NCBI RefSeq assembly: GCF_001194135.2
Contig: NC_068984.1
Location: forward strand, 28,561,821-28,625,820
DNA: 64,000 bases
Direction of reading: 5' to 3'
Origin: Octopus bimaculoides
Taxonomy: Eukaryota
Part shown: positions 25,161 to 37,618 of the stretch, one piece after another
Layout of the letters: every line of letters begins with the position of its first letter
Numbering within the stretch: the stretch's first letter is position 1
Made by a program: the position numbers and the translations under genes
Notes under the pieces: generated by a model
Told to the model about the DNA's origin: nothing
The model's database searches: none
Seen by the model: the letters and a program-made list of their open reading frames with translations, nothing else

Positions 25161-26394
25161 TTTTAATTGTATTCTAATTTTCCATGCTTATCCTATTTTA
25201 TATAAAACCCCATACTAAATATAACCTGTCTTTGTAATTTTCCCATCATGACACTTCTGTGGCAAATAAAAGAAACCATCACCACCACTACCGCTGCCGA
25301 ATAATGGTATAGTCTCGGTAACAAGGTTACATATGTATGGTGAAAATCTTTTAACACTTTAGAATATATAATACTAAGACAAAATAAAACAAAAGTGAAT
25401 ATAACAGTATGTGTGTATTTTAAATGGCTATCATGATTATAGTACAATGCCATTGTTTATTATTTTAGTTTTACAATAATTTTCCATTTAGCAGTCATAA
25501 GAATTATATGGCTCAGAATCATATTTAAAAAAGAAAAATCAAAAAATATAAATAAGAATCAAAGATATTTGTAAAAAGTTTCATATAGAAATCGAAATAT
25601 ATTGAATTCATGAAATATTATATATAGGTGCCAACTTATATTAGTCATCATATTTCGTTTTTAACTCCCCCCCATATTGTAAAAGTTATTTAATAAATCT
25701 TGTTTACATGGTATTGAGTTATTGGAATAAACTAGTCAGTTGTACTTACTTTTTTTCCCTCAATATTTAATAAATTTGAAATCATATAACCATGGTTATT
25801 AAAGTGAAAATTACTATAAAAGTTAAATAACAAAGTAAATGTGTGTGTGTGTGTGTGTGTGTGACTGTGTGTAGTAATAGAAAAACACAATTGTTGAATT
25901 GCAGTAAAACTTTCAGCTATTTGAAAGTGAAAGGATTTAAACCCTGGTCAGGCCAACAAAAGTAGTCACAAAATGCGTCTCATACAGAAATATATTTTAT
26001 TCTATGAAATCTGAAATTGTCCTTAGTTTAACTCTGAATAAGAACTGACTCAGACTGTGACACCAGCCTAGCTTATGCTAACATGGAAAATGAGTGTAAA
26101 ATGATGATGATAATGGTATATGTCGTTGTGTAGATGTGTGTGTGCATGTGCATGAATGTATATGTATGCAGTTGTGTATGAATATGAAACTGAAAATTTT
26201 GTCTGTGAACCAAAAGGAAAATAAAAATCTTTGCAAGTTAGTTATATATGAGAGGTGGAACCTCCAACAATGCAAACAATAAACCTGAAAGTCAATTAAA
26301 AAGAAACATCCCAACTAGTCAGGCATGAGAAAATGTAGAATAGTGTGTCTGTAAGCCATACCTTCATGGAAAATATACACAGAACTTTAGTGAT

Positions 26395-27600
26395 AAGATC
26401 AGGTATGGGGGAGGGGTCATGCACCACTGCAGTGCATTGCTGCAGCCACCATTTGTCAGTATTTACTTGGGTCATCTGGGGCAACCCTCTGAGCAGTATC
26501 CCAGTCAGTCCCAATCTCTGCAAGATATTTCCTCATCTGCTGTGATCATGCAGCATGTGGCTGACCAACAGCAGCTGTTGCTCCATCCAGATCCACAAAC
26601 AAAGAGAACATGACATACAGAATCCAACTTGGAAACTTGAACAAAATGACAAAACAATCTGAGCTGATGCTCCTGAATCATGCAAGTAAAAGGATACATC
26701 TCTGAGTCAGTTGCTGGCTGAATATGAAATCTGACTAATAGTAACCCATAATCTTGTGAAACATCCTGGCACCAAAGGAGTTCAAGCTCCTATGGGTCCA
26801 GGGAGTGTCCAAATCTTGCAACTATAAAGCAAAACAGGAAGGACCAGAGACCTAAAGATCCAAACCTTCGTTCTCCTGCTCAAATATTAGCAGTATCAAA
26901 CACTCTTGTCCAGTGAGTCCACAACTATACCAGCATGCCCAAGTCATTTTAAGACTTCGGACTTACAGCTAATGCTGCTAAATATAAGACTGCCAATATA
27001 AGTGAAATGGCCAACAACTTTTACATTCTCACCTACAACTGAGCCAGACTAGAAGGCCAATGAGGGAAACTCTAATGTGAAGTGATTCACCTCAGTGAAA
27101 ATAGAGCATTCCTGAAAGCATCCAGAGACTCAGCAAGAATAACTGCATCATCAACAAAATTCTGGTCAGTAACCCTAATTTTCCCAGTGAGTACTCCACA
27201 ACTCAACTGAGCCATCATCTGGCAAAGAATCAAGTCCAAGTAGGCATTGAACATTGTAGGAGCCAAAACAACCCTGACAGACCCCAGATCTAACTGGGAA
27301 AAAAGTTAGATGTTGAACCTCCACTCCAAATTGCACTTAATGTTCTGGTATACAAGGCCACCATTAACCCATCTAGAAAGGAAGCACCAGAACCCTCCAG
27401 AGCACATCCCTGTCTACTGAGTGAAATGCCTTGCACAAAAGCTGCAAGCAGCCCCTGCCAAAAACTCTGCCTGCATTCAATGAGTACTCAGAGAGCAAGG
27501 GTCCTGTCAGTAGTTGACTTCTTTTGCGTGAACCCTGACTAATCTGGCAGATGATTTCATACTCAGTTTAAAATAACCTGGTAAAGACCTTACTGGACAC
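26395..27600 (-). mobile_element. Decayed RTE-type LINE: RT domain to C-terminus
   Basis: Minus-strand frames give KSTTDRTLAL..LIECRQSF.QGLLAAF, ALYTRTLSAIWSGGSTSNFFPVRSGVCQGC and PFTCMIQEHQLRLFCHFVQ; many stops and frameshifts. Confidence 0.75.
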
Positions 27601-29750
27601 TGAGAGGAGTGTAACAACCCTGTAGTTGATGTAGTCATGGCAACTACCTTTACCTTTCAAGAGAGGAATAATTATGCCTTTCTCCAATTAGGTCGTATGA
27701 TGTCACTGCTCTGAATTGAGTAAATCATCTGCCATAACTGCAAGATAATGATGATAAATTTATGTGAACTATACATACACACATATTTATATACCTAAGC
27801 ATACATTCCTTTACTGGTTTTAACCGCTGTGCCATTGTTACATTGCGGGAGTGTTATAACACTGCTGAAGCTTTTATCTCTTTTTTGTATTTTGGTAAAT
27901 AATAGGAATTTGATGTCATTACTGATATTTGCATCTTATGCTGTGATGAATACTTATTCGACTCAATAGATTTTTCAGGTGTTCGTTGAATATGTAAACA
28001 CCTTATGTTTTTCAATATGACACTGAAGAGCTCATTTGAATGTAATACTATTACTATAGACAGTCCTAATTCAGAAAAAAGGGTAGAAATGTTTTGTATA
28101 CTGCCGTAGCACAGTTTAGTATTTTGTACAACTTTCACTGCCAAAGTTTGCTTCCAGGCTTTCCTGATATAAATTATTACTTCAAGAATAGAGACTTAAT
28201 GCTTTCAAACTCTCCCAGTGAACTGTCTGTTTCATAAAAGTAATCTCTCTTTCAATGGACCATTTGATTGTTTCCAGTTCAGTAGGAAGTGTCATACTAC
28301 GAAAGACCAATAGCTGGAGTAAAAGTCCAGATGTCTAACAGATGTCTTCCACAAAATTAATTTTATCCCATCAGGATTTATCCCATTGTTGCCATCTTAG
28401 TTATAAGTGGAGAAAGATGTATCATTATTCATTATAATCCCAGTCTGTACAGACATTCTAATTGTGGACTTGCAATTCAATTTCTCCTGGTCCTGTGTTT
28501 TATCAGATTGACAGTAAAATATTTGAAACTTTCCAGCAATGAATCGAATATTTTTTCACCAGCTTCCCTTGATAGGGTGAAGGCATATAACCAAGTAGTC
28601 AGGTAATTGGATTCATGACTCTTAGATTATAGGTTCAGTTCTTGGGTTTAATGGTGTATTGTATTATTGAGCAAGGTGCTTCATTTCATGTTGTTCAGCT
28701 AAAAATGTCTACCAATTGTAGCTGATGAGTATGATAGACTGACATTCCAGTCAGGAGAAATCTTTTATTCTTAACACTCTAAATGCCTCAGAAACCTGGA
28801 TAAATTCCAGCCTCAAAAGCCTGTTAGCCTAAAACAGACAAAACAATATTAAAACACCTCTGTAGGTTTTTCAGTATAATCGTGACATATGATTGCCTTT
28901 TATAGCTTTGTATTACACTGTAGTTAACTGATGATGTGTCTGAGATACACGTGTGATATTTTAGAGAGGTTGAAAGTCAAACAATACTTATTACTTGAAA
29001 TCTCAATGTCATCAATCTTTTTATTTCATTCAGCAATAATTTAAGAACTTGCTTCAGAAATTTGTTTTGAGCCCAAATACAACTAAAAGAGAAAATCTCT
29101 TGAAATCTTTAATTAACAAAGAACCTAAATAATCATTTAGTTGTAGCTTACTTTGACCAAAATTTAAATAAAAACAACACCGGAATCCGATGTCAATAAA
29201 GGTAATTTTTTTTAATAACAACTGGATTTATAAACTAACAGCTTTTATTTGTTTTCAATTCAATTTAGTTTAGTGAATTCAATGAAGAATTTTTCTTTCT
29301 TATTTGCTTCTTTTGAAATGGTTAAATTTTGTTTTTTTAAATTCATTTTGCTTGAAATGGAAATATTCATGAATTTAAGCCACTGCAGATGGTCCAAATA
29401 GAAAGCTCTTGTCATACAAAAAGGCAATCAGATAAAGTTAAATAGAAATAAAAAAACGTTTCCAATGAATAAACTATGAAAGTCTATCATAAAGCAATTG
29501 ACATTCTACTTCAGTATGTTTGTTAATTTCATTAAGAAATTTCTTAACAATGTAACACAACAGTAGCTGTTGCATCTTGCAATGAAGGAATTCCTTTCTC
29601 TTCGATCTAGGTAAAGGATTTTTGTTAGTGCTTGCGGCTTGTATAGTAATGTTATGTTTTATTCTATTTCCGTTATGGAAAGTGTGTTTCTGTTACAGAT
29701 CATTACTAAGAGAGTTGTTGTTACTGAGAACAACCATGACAACAACTTAC

Positions 29751-29786
29751 CACACCCTAGAGCAGAATTTTCAAAAATATTTATAT
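29751..29786 (-). CDS. Candidate 36-nt symmetric (phase 1/1) microexon of the Ig gene
   Basis: attgatctttccaaaattattctttgcag|ATATAAATATTTTTGAAAATTCTGCTCTAGGGTGTG|gtaagtt. Open in the gene's phase, (Y)INIFENSALGC(G). No homology support; could be chance. Confidence 0.25.
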
Positions 29787-31148
29787 CTGCAAAGAATAAT
29801 TTTGGAAAGATCAATATATTTTGGATAAATATATTGATTTCTCAGCAATTAGGAGAAGTGTTATACACTTCCTACATAGCTTTAGAAAGTCAATGTCATT
29901 AATTTATTTTATTTATCTATTTACTGTTGATTGTATGATGGTTAAGTTGGCTTTGATATTTCATGGAAGTTGCTTTTTACTTATCATCTAATACTGCAAT
30001 TATTCTTAGAAAAACTGTCTCTTTTTATTACAGGATAAAAGGTACTTGCTTTCTATTTCCTTTATTAATTTTTACCATCAAAGCAGTATTTTGTGTCTAT
30101 ACCTTTGTAAGAAGGATAATTGCAGCCATATGGTTATGTGGATAGATTGCACTCAGTCACCATATTATAGCGATTTGTACCAAAACCTTCACAAAGAAAG
30201 CATGTACAAAGAAATACCAATATTTAAGGGAAAAAAAAATCAATTCCTATAATTCCATTCATGTCTGTACTAGAACATCCCAAAATTTATGGAAAACAAA
30301 TCAGTTGTAAATAACTATATTCTAATTTGTCCTTATTACATTCATTGACAGCTTCATTTTTACATAGACACTGTAGTCATTTGATGACATATTGGCACTG
30401 CCAGCATCAGCAGTCATGAAATAGTTAAAGAATTATATTGCTTAAAATATGATACAATGATTAAATAATAATTTCATAATTCTCTACACCAATAAAGATT
30501 TATCAATTAACCATGAAATCTCAGATATAATGGAAATGTGAGAAGACAATTTCAGTGATCATCTCTTTCTCAAGGTATTTGTGTAGTAAGTAATCAAATT
30601 CAAACAACTGATTCCATTTGCTTGGAAATTACATCCTTAAGAAATATTAACATAAACAATGATATTTTGATTACCAGAACTCTAACATTTATATAACATT
30701 CTCCTAATTTGTATAACATGGTTATAAATACACATCCAGTGGTAAGCATGCAGAAGCAGTGCTTTTGTTATGACTAATTCCACTTGAAAACCTATGTACC
30801 TGAAGTCACAATGATGATGATGAGCTAATAAGTGAACCTTTGTGTTGTCACTTGACTAGCAAGAAATAGCAGCCAAATTTCACACACTATAAAGTATAGG
30901 ATCTTGAAAAAGAAGACATTTAACAATATAACCCAGGGTGCTAGGTGCTGGGAAAAAGAAAAAAATGTGGGGTCTGGCTGGAATAATTTTGGATTAAACA
31001 ACAACAACAACAAAAAAAAAACACTCAGTTGCTCATTATATTGTACTGTAATGAATAATACATATAAGGTTATTTTTACACACATATATATACACAAACA
31101 TGTTATTTTCTACACATTTATATGAAATATCAATGACAACCATCTTAA

Positions 31149-31381
31149 CACTTAGGAGATGACAGGGCCGATCTATCAGCCAAAAAGTCCAATGACGAAG
31201 GAGATTGTATTAGTTCATTCAATTTCCAACAAGAATATATATAGTTTTATGCATGTAAAGTAATTTCTTTATTTTTCATAATTTTTTTTTGAAAAATAAG
31301 TGCATGCCCATTATAGGGCTTGTGAAAAAGGCTCCATCTTCTAGGCAGTAAAACTCCAAATGAGACGCCATCTCCAAAGGG
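31149..31381. mobile_element. piggyBac-type MITE (233 bp) with TTAA target-site duplication
   Basis: ttaa|cacttaggagatgac ... gccatctccaaaggg|ttaa; imperfect TIRs (12/15 matches); TTAA at 31145-31148 and 31382-31385. Confidence 0.55.
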
Positions 31382-32688
31382 TTAAACACTACTAAAATCC
31401 ATTATATATTACTAGCACACAAAACATGTAGTCTCATATACACAATCATGTTATTTTAGATATATTTATACTAATATATAAGCAGTCTTATACAGAGGTT
31501 ATATTAGTATTATTTTCACTGTAACAATGAGAGTATACAATGACAATAAACCTGAAATTAATTACCTGAATCTACTCAGAGTATATCCCTCTTCATATAC
31601 GTTACTAACTGATCAACAGTTAAGAATGCTGGATCAACAAAACTGATACCAAGTATACAAATTTAGTTTTAGCATTTCTATGTATGGTTTCATATCTATG
31701 TCTGTGCATTAAAATGCAATACTGAAAGAAAAATAAAGTTACAAATGACAATAATATATGTCTATTGAATTCTAAATGGTTGAGCTTAAATCTGTATCTC
31801 TTTTTTTTTTAGCTAAAACAGAAATCTAGTACATAGAATTAGTAAAGAAAGAATTGGCTAGGATTTAAAATCCACTACAAAGTTTCCAAAAACCCTTCTT
31901 TCAAGAATATAAGAATAACTCAGCTGTAAAAGAAGTTTCTTAGTCGCATTCTCTAATCAAATAATGCCTCAGTAAAACTTCCACGTTTTATAAATTCTGA
32001 TGTAACTCTGGCCAATGAAATATAAACTAAAACAGAAAAAAAGTAATAAAGCCATACGATGAAGATACATTTACATGAATTCCACACAGATGTGTAGGTC
32101 ACAGAATTCATAAAATAGGGTTAGAGTATGGAGACTTCTAGCAGGAATCAAACCCATTATAAAACTTTAATTCAGCCCAAACTTTAATTCTACCACAATG
32201 CCTATTACTGTATTCTCATGTGAACTGCACTGTGAACTGTATCGGGAAAGGACTATTCTTAGCAAAAGAGACTGTGTCAGGACAGCTACGAACTATGACC
32301 ATAGACACAATTCATTATTAGTGACGTGAAACAGCAGCCAACTCTTCCCCTAGCTTTGCCCTATCATCTTATCAAAGAAACTACACACTACATAATATAG
32401 CTCTACACACTACATAATATACGATGGCTGAGAAAAAAATGGTTTTGTCTCAATTAACCAGTATTATAGTTAACTGTTTCTATTAGCCTCAGTGATTAGG
32501 GAGACTGTTTAAAAGTTATTTCAAAGCTAGGTCACACAATATCACTTGTTAGAATAACTGACATTAGTTTCAGTAGAGTAATTGTGGGATTCAGGTGTGT
32601 AGCTTGGGATTTAAATTTTTTTGTTATTTTCTGAGAAAATGCCTCCCCCAAAAAAGACCAGCACCATTCAAATTGCAACTATTTAATT

Positions 32689-32836
32689 CAGGGCTGGACA
32701 GTTGGAGTCAGAAACAATGGAGTCGATAAAATATACCACATTCATTTAATAATATAGAGGAGTGGGAGTCGGAGGTGCCAATAGTAGAGGAGTCGGGGTC
32801 AGAGTCAAAGTCTTTTGTTTCGATTCCACAGCCCTG
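32689..32836. mobile_element. hAT-type MITE (148 bp) with perfect 8-bp TSD
   Basis: atttaatt|cagggctg...cagccctg|atttaatt; TSD at 32681-32688 and 32837-32844; internal ggagtc repeats. Confidence 0.8.
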
Positions 32837-32899
32837 ATTTAATTTGAAAACATAGGTAACGGCAATTCTTAGCAGATTTATAAGTTATTTTGCAAATAT

Positions 32900-33295
32900 T
32901 AGATATTAATATCAATAAACAATTGGTGGATGCAAACAGAATGAGCAAGAGTAGATTTATGCTATTGCGGGAAAAAACACAAGGAAAAAGGAAGGCAATA
33001 TGTGGGTTCCATCACAATATTTGACCTGTGAATAAAGCATTAATATATAGCAGTAAATAAAAACTAATATTATAATCAAATCATTCAAGAAATGTGAAAT
33101 TATTAATGAATTTGATTGTGTAGAAGACAATTATCCATAGGATGCTGTTGGTGAAGAAGTAGCAGAAGATATACAGCAGCAGGTGATAATGAATAGCAAT
33201 CATGAAAGCAGATCTGTAAAATGATGCATTTCTCTCTGATGACTGTGAAAGTTTATTTGGTGCTGAAGATGAAGAACAGTATGGTTTTGCATGAT
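32900..33295 (+). mobile_element. Decayed pogo-like transposase C-terminal remnant
   Basis: IIIKSFKKCEIINEFDCVEDN (cf. pogo-family I.KSFKKCGISN..DG.EDD) and acidic tail DDCESLFGAEDEEQYGFA*. Confidence 0.45.
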
Positions 33296-34360
33296 TTTTT
33301 ATGAACTTTTGAATTTGAAATGTATAAAATTTACCATGTAATTGTAATTTAAAGCCATATTAAATTTCTACTTCAATTTGACATGCATAAATTAAAGTTA
33401 TGGAATTTAAATTCGCTCACTATCAATTTCATTTTAATATTTATAGTCTTAAACTGTGCTGAAGTGCCAAGCCAGAAATAAAATTTCTGTAATGATTTAG
33501 CCCTGCAATGAATGCATCCTTGACAAATGTAGTTATTCAAATATGGTAGAAACAAGCAAAACATCACATGCAAATATCTGTAAGAACTCTTGGGCCATAT
33601 TTACTTAGTAAGACAAATATTTTGATGTGCGTAATGGATAATTATTGATATTACTCTAATTCCTTATTTTTTTCTCTTTATTCATCTACAATATCATTTA
33701 TGGGTGTACAAGACTTGCATCCTGGATTTCAGTCCTTTAAAAGTAACATCTGTGTAATAGTAAAACCCAGAAATATAGCCTACAAGTCTAGTATAAAAAT
33801 GTGTGTATTGAGAGAGAGAGAGAGAGAAAAAGAGAGGGGGGGGCACACACATATAGATAGACAGACAGGGAGAAGAAACAGGCATTATTAAAAACACAAA
33901 TTTCCTGTACTACATTCCATCCAGTTGAAATCTAATTTGCATTGTTTTGTTATTAACCATTCAGTTACTAATTAATCAGCTGAAGATTGCAAACAATTTA
34001 GTTGTTGATAGTTCACTTATGTCTACTGCTTCCTTTCTCTATTTCCTCCCATAAGAAATAATACACACCAACTTCTAAAAATTAAAGTTAGTATTAAAGT
34101 TTCATAAACATCAACATACTTATTTTACTAAGTGTAAAATGTTTCTCCTGAAGCTTTGTAGTTTACTCTGATAGCAGAATATATGAATAAAAATAGAAAA
34201 TTTATACAGAAAAATTTAGAATGTTTGATAGAAGATCTGCTAATTATTTTTTCTTACTAACAAGTATATATTTATTGTTTTCATCACTTATGTGGCTTTA
34301 TTAAGTTCTTTTGAGTAAAACTGAAAATAGACAAAAAAATGAGAGAAGCAAAGAAAGCAA

Positions 34361-34450
34361 AAGAGAGAGAGTGTGTATGTGAGAGAGAGAGTGTGTATGT
34401 GTGAGAGAGAGAGTGTGCGTGTGTGTGAGAGAAAGAGAGAGAGAGAGAAA
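34361..34450. repeat. Compound (GA)n/(GT)n repeat with ~20-bp period just downstream of the Ig exon donor
   Basis: gagagagagtgtgtatgtg(t) repeated about three times. Confidence 0.85.
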
Positions 34451-34471
34451 AGTAGTGAAATAGTTACTTAC

Positions 34472-34600
34472 AGAAAACCGTAACTTTGATTACATGGCTG
34501 ACTGCGTTAGCTACCCCGTTGTCTGCAACACACTCATAGAGGCCATTACAGTAACGGGAAATGTTGTGGATCATCAAAACTTCTCCAGTCATGCCTATCC
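34472..34600 (-). CDS. Coding exon: C-terminal half of the same Ig domain (proximal acceptor)
   Basis: 129-nt exon with acceptor tatgttgtgttccag| and donor |gtaagt, phase 1/1. Translates (R)IGMTGEVLMIHNISRYCNGLYECVADNGVANAVSHVIKVTVF, with the G.YEC.A.NG F-strand motif. Joins in frame to 41055-40906 across a ~6.3-kb intron. The L.I.NISRYC..YEC.A.NGV pattern is recalled from mollusc lachesin-like proteins. Confidence 0.9.
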
Positions 34601-34654
34601 CTGGAACACAACATAGAAGACATGTATTCAGGCCCTCTCCAGTCATGCCTATTC
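34601..34654 (-). other. Possible alternative exon extension from a duplicated upstream 3' splice site (+54 nt, +18 aa)
   Basis: Second acceptor ctgactaagtgttgtatattgtattacag|GAATAGGCATGACTGGAGA lies exactly 54 nt upstream of ...ccag|GGATAGGCATGACTGGAGA, in the same phase with no stop. Adds IGMTGEGLNTCLLCCVPG. Confidence 0.5.
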
Positions 34655-35133
34655 CTGTAATACAATATACAACACTTAGTCAGAAACAGAATCACCACAA
34701 ACATCGATACACAAGACGATAACAAAAAAATAACGACAATGAAGAAATTTAAGATCAATAGAACAATATCCCCAGAACAATGTGAAGAAACTATTTGCTT
34801 GAAAAACCGAGGAAAATTTCCTAACAGTACATACACATCATAAAATATCTGATAGAACAATATTGTTAGGTTAATGATTCTATGTTTATTAAAGGAGACA
34901 ACGCTGTCAATTTTACAGTAAGTATTGGTAACTGAAGTCTTACTAAAATAGTGTGAAATTTATAATATAAGATGCTTATATTGTATGCAATCTAACAGTG
35001 ACAGTTGAAGTATTATAGTTAATATTAATGATTTAAGTGTTGCTATTTATGTGTACTGAGGGAAAACAGTGGTGGATGAAGCTCCATGTTTATTACATAG
35101 AAAATGATAAACACTGATATACACACATGCTTT

Positions 35134-35173
<40 letters not shown>

Positions 35174-36894
35174 TATATCTATATATATATATATATATAT
35201 ATATGTAAAGACATGGTTATTAAAAGAGCTTGTAAACACAGAAATGAACATTTATATAAGATCACTTATTGCTGCAATAATATGTGAACATTAAAAAAAA
35301 AAAAAACCACATTGATTGTGATTTCTTATAGAATTAATCCATTTCAGTATTCATTGATAAATTGCGAACAGAACCTCACCTCATTAATATACAAGTGCCA
35401 TGAATCTAAGTTCTATTAACTACAAACTTGCTAATCTTTATCATCTAAGATCAATTTATTTCCACAAGATTCATTCCTATGCTGGTGCATTTCTCAAGAT
35501 ATTCATCATGTGTCTGAAGGTCTGTGAAAATTAATTGAGTTTTATCTACTTATTGCTTCCAAAGGTATAAAAAATGTAAGAAACAAACTCTACTTCTTTT
35601 GATTATGACCTAAGCAATATTTGTATGATCATCTCTATACCAAGTACAATAGTTAACTTACTAGTTTACAATCCAATTTTATAACCCTGGGTGATTTTAC
35701 CCTTTAAGAATTCCATTACATCACTACAGATTACTTCAGATAACAGCAATTCTGCATTATCACTTCTAGAGAATTAATACTTCAACAATCCTATTTTATC
35801 ACCATAGCTGACTTAACAAACCACTAAACTTATTTTATCTCTATATAGTTGGATTTAAAATCTATCAAACCTATTTTAAGACTTATTAATATTCTTAATT
35901 CATGAAAATAGGAAACAACATTTTAAAATCCTAACCTATTATCATAGTTGCATTTACACATCTGACCATATACTCTCATCAAAGCCAACAGCTCAGTTAA
36001 ACGATTCCAGAATATGAAAGCAATGAAAACAAATTCAATTTGAAAGGCATATGATACTGGATATTATAATAATTATTCCTAAATTGCAAAGACAATAAGA
36101 CTGGATAGTTTAGATATCACACACACACGCACACACATATATGATGGACTTTGCTGTTGAAGATGATTTATGAGCATTCAACTTTTGCCAAACGAAATGC
36201 ACAAATGATTTGTTCATAATGATCAAGTGTCCGTGTCACGCATTAACTCACTCTCCCCATCAAGTTGGTGTTGTCTGAACAAGTGCATGGTGTACCACTC
36301 ATCAGGTGTTAAAGTGATTGCAGAGCAACGTAAGATAAAATGTTTTGTTCAAGAACATAAAGCACCACCTGGTCTAGAAATTGAAATCACAATCTAGTGA
36401 TAGTGAGTGCAACACCCTAACCACGAAGCCATGCACCCTCAACACTACAGGCCAATCCCTCACTTATCAATGTGTGGCATTTTCACACACACTGTGAATC
36501 CACCTCATCAAGGAAATGGAAGGAGCAAAGTTTCATGTTCAAACTTAGCATCATGTTACAGACAGGCTTAGATGAAGGTTTTCCATTCAACTCCTACACC
36601 TCCATTTAATTCTTTAAACCCTTTCTTGTATTTCAAATCCCCTCATCTTTTCCTCTTGTCTCACTCGTGAGTTTGCCTGTTTCTCCTCATTCCATTACTT
36701 CTTCCTTCTTCTTTCTTATATTGTTTCTCCTACCACTTCTTGTGGATATGATGCTCACACGATCCTGTTCTTTCTTATCAGTTGTAGCCAATTTTTTTTT
36801 TAACTTAAAAGATGTAAAACTTTGTGGTTTCTCATTAATTTCCCTCTCTTCAACTTTTCCATGTCCAAAATTGAGTTTTTGCTCTTAACTGCAT

Positions 36895-36929
<35 letters not shown>

Positions 36930-36959
36930 TATGTGAAATCCAGGTGCTTACTTCAACCA

Positions 36960-37003
<44 letters not shown>

Positions 37004-37005
37004 AC

Positions 37006-37378
37006 ACAAGGCACAGTGTGGCACCTATGTCTTTTGTTTTTTAACCATCTGGATCTAGGTTCAGTCCCACTGTGTGGCACCTTGGGCAAATCGCTTCTAC
37101 TACAGTCTCAGGCCGACCAAAACCTTGTGAGTGGATTTGTTAGATGGAAACTGAAAGAAGCATGTTGTGTCTATGTTTGTCCCACACCACTACCACCACC
37201 ACTGCTGCTTGACAGCTAGTGCTGGTGTGTTTATGTCCTCTGTTACTTAGCAGTTTGGCCAAAGAGATCAGGCTTAAAAAGAAAATAAGTACTGGAGTTG
37301 ATTAATTCGACTAAAATCTTTCAAAGCAGTACCCCAGCATGGCCCCACAGTCTAATGACCAGAACATGCAAAAGATAA
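37006..37378 (+). mobile_element. tRNA-SINE with CORE-like segment
   Basis: ctaggttcagtcccactgtgtggcaccttgggcaaatcgcttctactacag...gatggaaactgaaagaagc. Confidence 0.8.
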
Positions 37379-37385
37379 ATATATA

Positions 37386-37618
37386 GTGTGACAAGGCTGA
37401 CCATTTGAATTACAGGCACAACAGAAACAGGAAGTAAGAGTGAGAGAAAGTTGTGGTGAAAGAGTACAGCAGGGTTTGCCACCATCCCCTGCCGAAGCCT
37501 TGTGGAGCTTTAGGTGTTTTCGCTCAATAAACACTCACAACGCCTGGTCTGGGAATCGAAACTGTGATCCTATGACCACGAGTCCACTGCCCTAACCACT
37601 GGGCCATTGTGCCTCCAC
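37386..37618 (-). mobile_element. tRNA-derived SINE, resembles the octopus OR-type family
   Basis: Minus strand gtggaggcacaatggcccagtggttagggcagtggactcgtggtcataggatcacagtttcgattcccagacc with clear A and B boxes, followed by non-tRNA body. Family name is from recall. Confidence 0.8.

Noticed and set aside
34546-34860. 104-aa hydrophobic minus-strand ORF overlapping the Ig exon
   Set aside because: Alternative frame through the U-rich intron end; its RHDWR repeat is just the 54-nt duplication read in another frame.
37545-37618. tRNA genes at A/B-box sequences (also near 5550-5610)
   Set aside because: They continue into SINE bodies and lack a closable acceptor stem; they are SINE heads.
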